Shown: piece after piece, positions 17,294 to 19,223 of the stretch
Layout: the number at the start of each line of letters is the position of its first letter
How positions within the stretch are numbered: the stretch's first letter is position 1
Source: Hormoscilla sp.
Lineage (GTDB): Bacteria > Cyanobacteriota > Cyanobacteriia > Cyanobacteriales > Desertifilaceae
NCBI GenBank assembly: GCA_051439505.1
Contig: JBFRWI010000039.1
Span: 1 to 19,223, forward strand
Length of the DNA stretch: 19,223 nucleotides
Direction: 5' to 3'
The notes under the pieces: model-generated
Seen by the model: only the letters and a program-made list of their open reading frames with translations
Database searches by the model: none
Told to the model about the DNA's origin: nothing
Made by a program: the position numbers and the translations under genes

Positions 17294-17501
17294 TGATTAA
17301 ATGGTAGGATACAACTGAAGTAGTGTTGAAAATATTATCAGGCGGTGAGATGGTTAGCTGCTGCGCAGCCGCTGCGCTTTCCGGGGGGTTAACTCAATTG
17401 AGGATAATCGCGGTTTCCCCCCCAAGCTGCGGGAAAAATCGCTCCGGACAACCTATATCAAAAACCTTGAAGTCTTGGTAGGGGTCGATCTAGTTAAAGC
17501 C

Positions 17502-17771
17502 ATGTCAAAAGAAATCAGGTTTAGTAACCATGCTCTGTCAAAACTTGACGTGGTAAATGAACAAGGGTTTGATATTGGGTGGGAGTTGGTAATTGAAACT
17601 ATTCAATCTCCCGATAGACAAGAACAGAAAGAGGGAGAGGAAACTGTAGCACAGAAAAGGCTTAATGAGAATATAGTGCTCAGGGTTGTTTATAGAGAAT
17701 TTGAAGCATTTATTCTAGTAATTACACTATATCCAGGCAGAAGGAGTCGTTATGAAAAGACAAAGAGTTAG
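17502..17771 (+). CDS. DUF4258-like protein, predicted RelE-fold toxin
   Basis: IRFSNHALSKL...VIETIQSPD...AQKRLNENIVLRVVY...VITLYP pattern; 89 aa from ATG 17502. Overlaps the downstream DUF2283-like gene. Confidence 0.72.
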   Translation: MSKEIRFSNHALSKLDVVNEQGFDIGWELVIETIQSPDRQEQKEGEETVAQKRLNENIVLRVVYREFEAFILVITLYPGRRSRYEKTKS

Positions 17772-18246
17772 ATACAGCCAGGATGTTGATGTGCTGATGA
17801 TTGAGTTATCGGATGAAGGGATCGCCTATGCTGAGGATGAAGGACGGGTAATTCTTCATTATTCCGATCGGGAACGGTTAGTGCTGATTGAGATTTTAGA
17901 TTTTCAGCAGTTGATGGAAGATCGCAAAACTGATAAGCTGATTCTACCAGTTGATGCGCAAGTGAAAACTGCATTCGGAGTTTCTATAGGAAATAGGCAT
18001 CTGCTGAAGTTGCGACAGGCGATCGCAACTTCAAACGACCTCAGCGAAGAAGACAAGGCCGAAGCGCTAGAGCAGGTGCAAACTTTGGCCGAAGCTGCGA
18101 AGAACCCCTCTCAGGAAAGGAAGAGGATTAAGAGGGCGATCGCGATGCTCAGGGGAATTGCTGCTCCCTTGCCACAGGCAACTAAGCTAGTAGAAGAGTT
18201 TAATAAACTTTTACCGGAAATTCCCAAGGTTTTGGGTGTGGAATAG
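17752..18246 (+). CDS. DUF2283-like predicted antitoxin fused to a C-terminal helical domain
   Basis: N-terminal VRYSQDVDVLMIELSD...VILHYS...LVLIEILD is DUF2283-like. The last ~80 aa (LRQAIATSNDLSEEDKAEALEQVQTLAEAAKNP...KLLPEIPKVLG) form a separate amphipathic helical module. Confidence 0.72.
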   Translation: MKRQRVRYSQDVDVLMIELSDEGIAYAEDEGRVILHYSDRERLVLIEILDFQQLMEDRKTDKLILPVDAQVKTAFGVSIGNRHLLKLRQAIATSNDLSEEDKAEALEQVQTLAEAAKNPSQERKRIKRAIAMLRGIAAPLPQATKLVEEFNKLLPEIPKVLGVE

Positions 18247-18357
18247 TCAAGAACGTCTCATGGCCCGCTCATCGTGGTCCCTCGATACCTCAAGGGATAG
18301 CACCCGAGGACATTCCAAATGTTTGCACAGTGATTGTAAGTGATTGAGGACAAGGGC

Positions 18358-19062
18358 ATGATTAACGAATACGTTGAGATAGTCAAATATTATGATAACC
18401 TCTTGACAAGCGGATACTTTGACTTTGAGGCACTTGCCAATAGTTTGTATAACTTGCTCGGTGGGAGAAGGAAAGTTTTAGATATTGGTGTCGGAACGGG
18501 ACTGCTGACGAATAAAATGCTCTCACGGGCTAATTATAGGATTGTTGGGGTCGATTTTTCGGCGGGAATGCTGGAAGTCGCTCGGGAAAGATTGGCGAAG
18601 TCAGATGTGGAGTTGATTTGTTCAGATATTACTGAATTTGAAACGGAGGAGAAGTTTGATGCGATCGTTTCAACTGGAGGTGTAATATGTGTGGGAGAAA
18701 AAGAAGGGGAGTATAGGATTGTTAGTCACATTACCGATCGCGAAAAAAACGAACGGTTGCTGGCTAAGCTACAGGGTATGTTAGATGAGAATGGACTATT
18801 GGCATTGTCGATTCAGGGAGTGCATACTGATTATAAGAAAGAAATACAGGATGGGATTTTTTACGAGCAGAAAATAGAGGCCGAGGGATCTTATGTTAAT
18901 AAGTGGTATAGATTTTATGATGGCAATGATGAGTTGCTAACGGAACAATTTTGCCGTTTTTATGTTTTTGATGGCAAAGAGACAACACATCTGCTGTTAG
19001 ATGCCGGATTTAAACAAGGATATGAGATTGTTGATGGCAAGTTTTTGGTCTGTTGCAAATAA
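18358..19062 (+). CDS. Class I SAM-dependent methyltransferase
   Basis: VLDIGVGTG, IVGVDFSAGMLEVAR and FDAIVS motifs. ATG 18358 with GAGGA upstream (alternative GTG 18340). Substrate unknown. Confidence 0.88.
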   Translation: MINEYVEIVKYYDNLLTSGYFDFEALANSLYNLLGGRRKVLDIGVGTGLLTNKMLSRANYRIVGVDFSAGMLEVARERLAKSDVELICSDITEFETEEKFDAIVSTGGVICVGEKEGEYRIVSHITDREKNERLLAKLQGMLDENGLLALSIQGVHTDYKKEIQDGIFYEQKIEAEGSYVNKWYRFYDGNDELLTEQFCRFYVFDGKETTHLLLDAGFKQGYEIVDGKFLVCCK

Positions 19063-19099
19063 GGAGTGCATCTCATCGCAAGCGTTGCCCGAACCCCGA

Positions 19100-19223
19100 A
19101 CCCTAAAGGGTCCGGCTACATGAACAAAGCCCGCCTGCGCGGGCTAAATTATTATATTATCAATGTACCCGTAGCGTTAGTCGCCCGATTTTTCCGGAAC
19201 GGTACCCTAAAGGGTCCGGCTAC
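19100..19223. repeat. REP-like dispersed repeat, two copies (second cut by the window end)
   Basis: accctaaagggtccggctac occurs at 19100-19119 and 19204-19223. The first copy is followed by the hairpin agcccgc-ctgc-gcgggct (19128-19145). Confidence 0.75.

Larger units (their letters stand above)
2279..18143. repeat. Dispersed HIP1 octamers (GCGATCGC)
   Basis: Copies start at 2279, 6080, 7555, 11201, 12182, 14013, 14963, 15837, 18019 and 18136, a cyanobacterial genome signature. Confidence 0.9.

Noticed and set aside
17350..17469. 39-aa ORF MVSCCAAAALSGG...NLYQKP upstream of DUF4258
   Set aside because: No recognisable family, weak RBS, and its length is compatible with chance.
19100..19223. 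Start of a CRISPR array
   Set aside because: Only two 20-bp copies, 104 bp apart, with a REP-type hairpin between them and no cas genes in the window.

Overview
Cyanobacterial chromosomal window (at least 10 HIP1 GCGATCGC octamers, psbX, cyanobacterial-type accC/purF/purL). The left part is an accessory surface-polysaccharide region: a Wzy/O-antigen-ligase-family gene divergent from wza-wzc, then a GT2-GtrA fusion and a GT-C (PMT/ArnT-like) transferase. It carries at least five MITE-like insertions; four have clear 8-11 bp target-site duplications, and two interrupt an IS4-like transposase relic that can be reconstructed codon for codon. The middle is core: psbX, yggT, accC, tRNA-Leu(GAG), chorismate lyase, purF, purL. 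The right end is a small REP-flanked island with a DUF4258/DUF2283-like toxin-antitoxin pair (the DUF2283 fused to an extra helical domain) and a SAM methyltransferase, preceded by a perfect 32-bp palindrome. The most notable non-coding signal is an orphan IscB-type omegaRNA/HEARO-like scaffold (about 9825-9990, minus strand) with a likely terminator and no IscB ORF, between psbX and the GT-C gene. All family calls come from recognising motifs by eye; no database searches were run.
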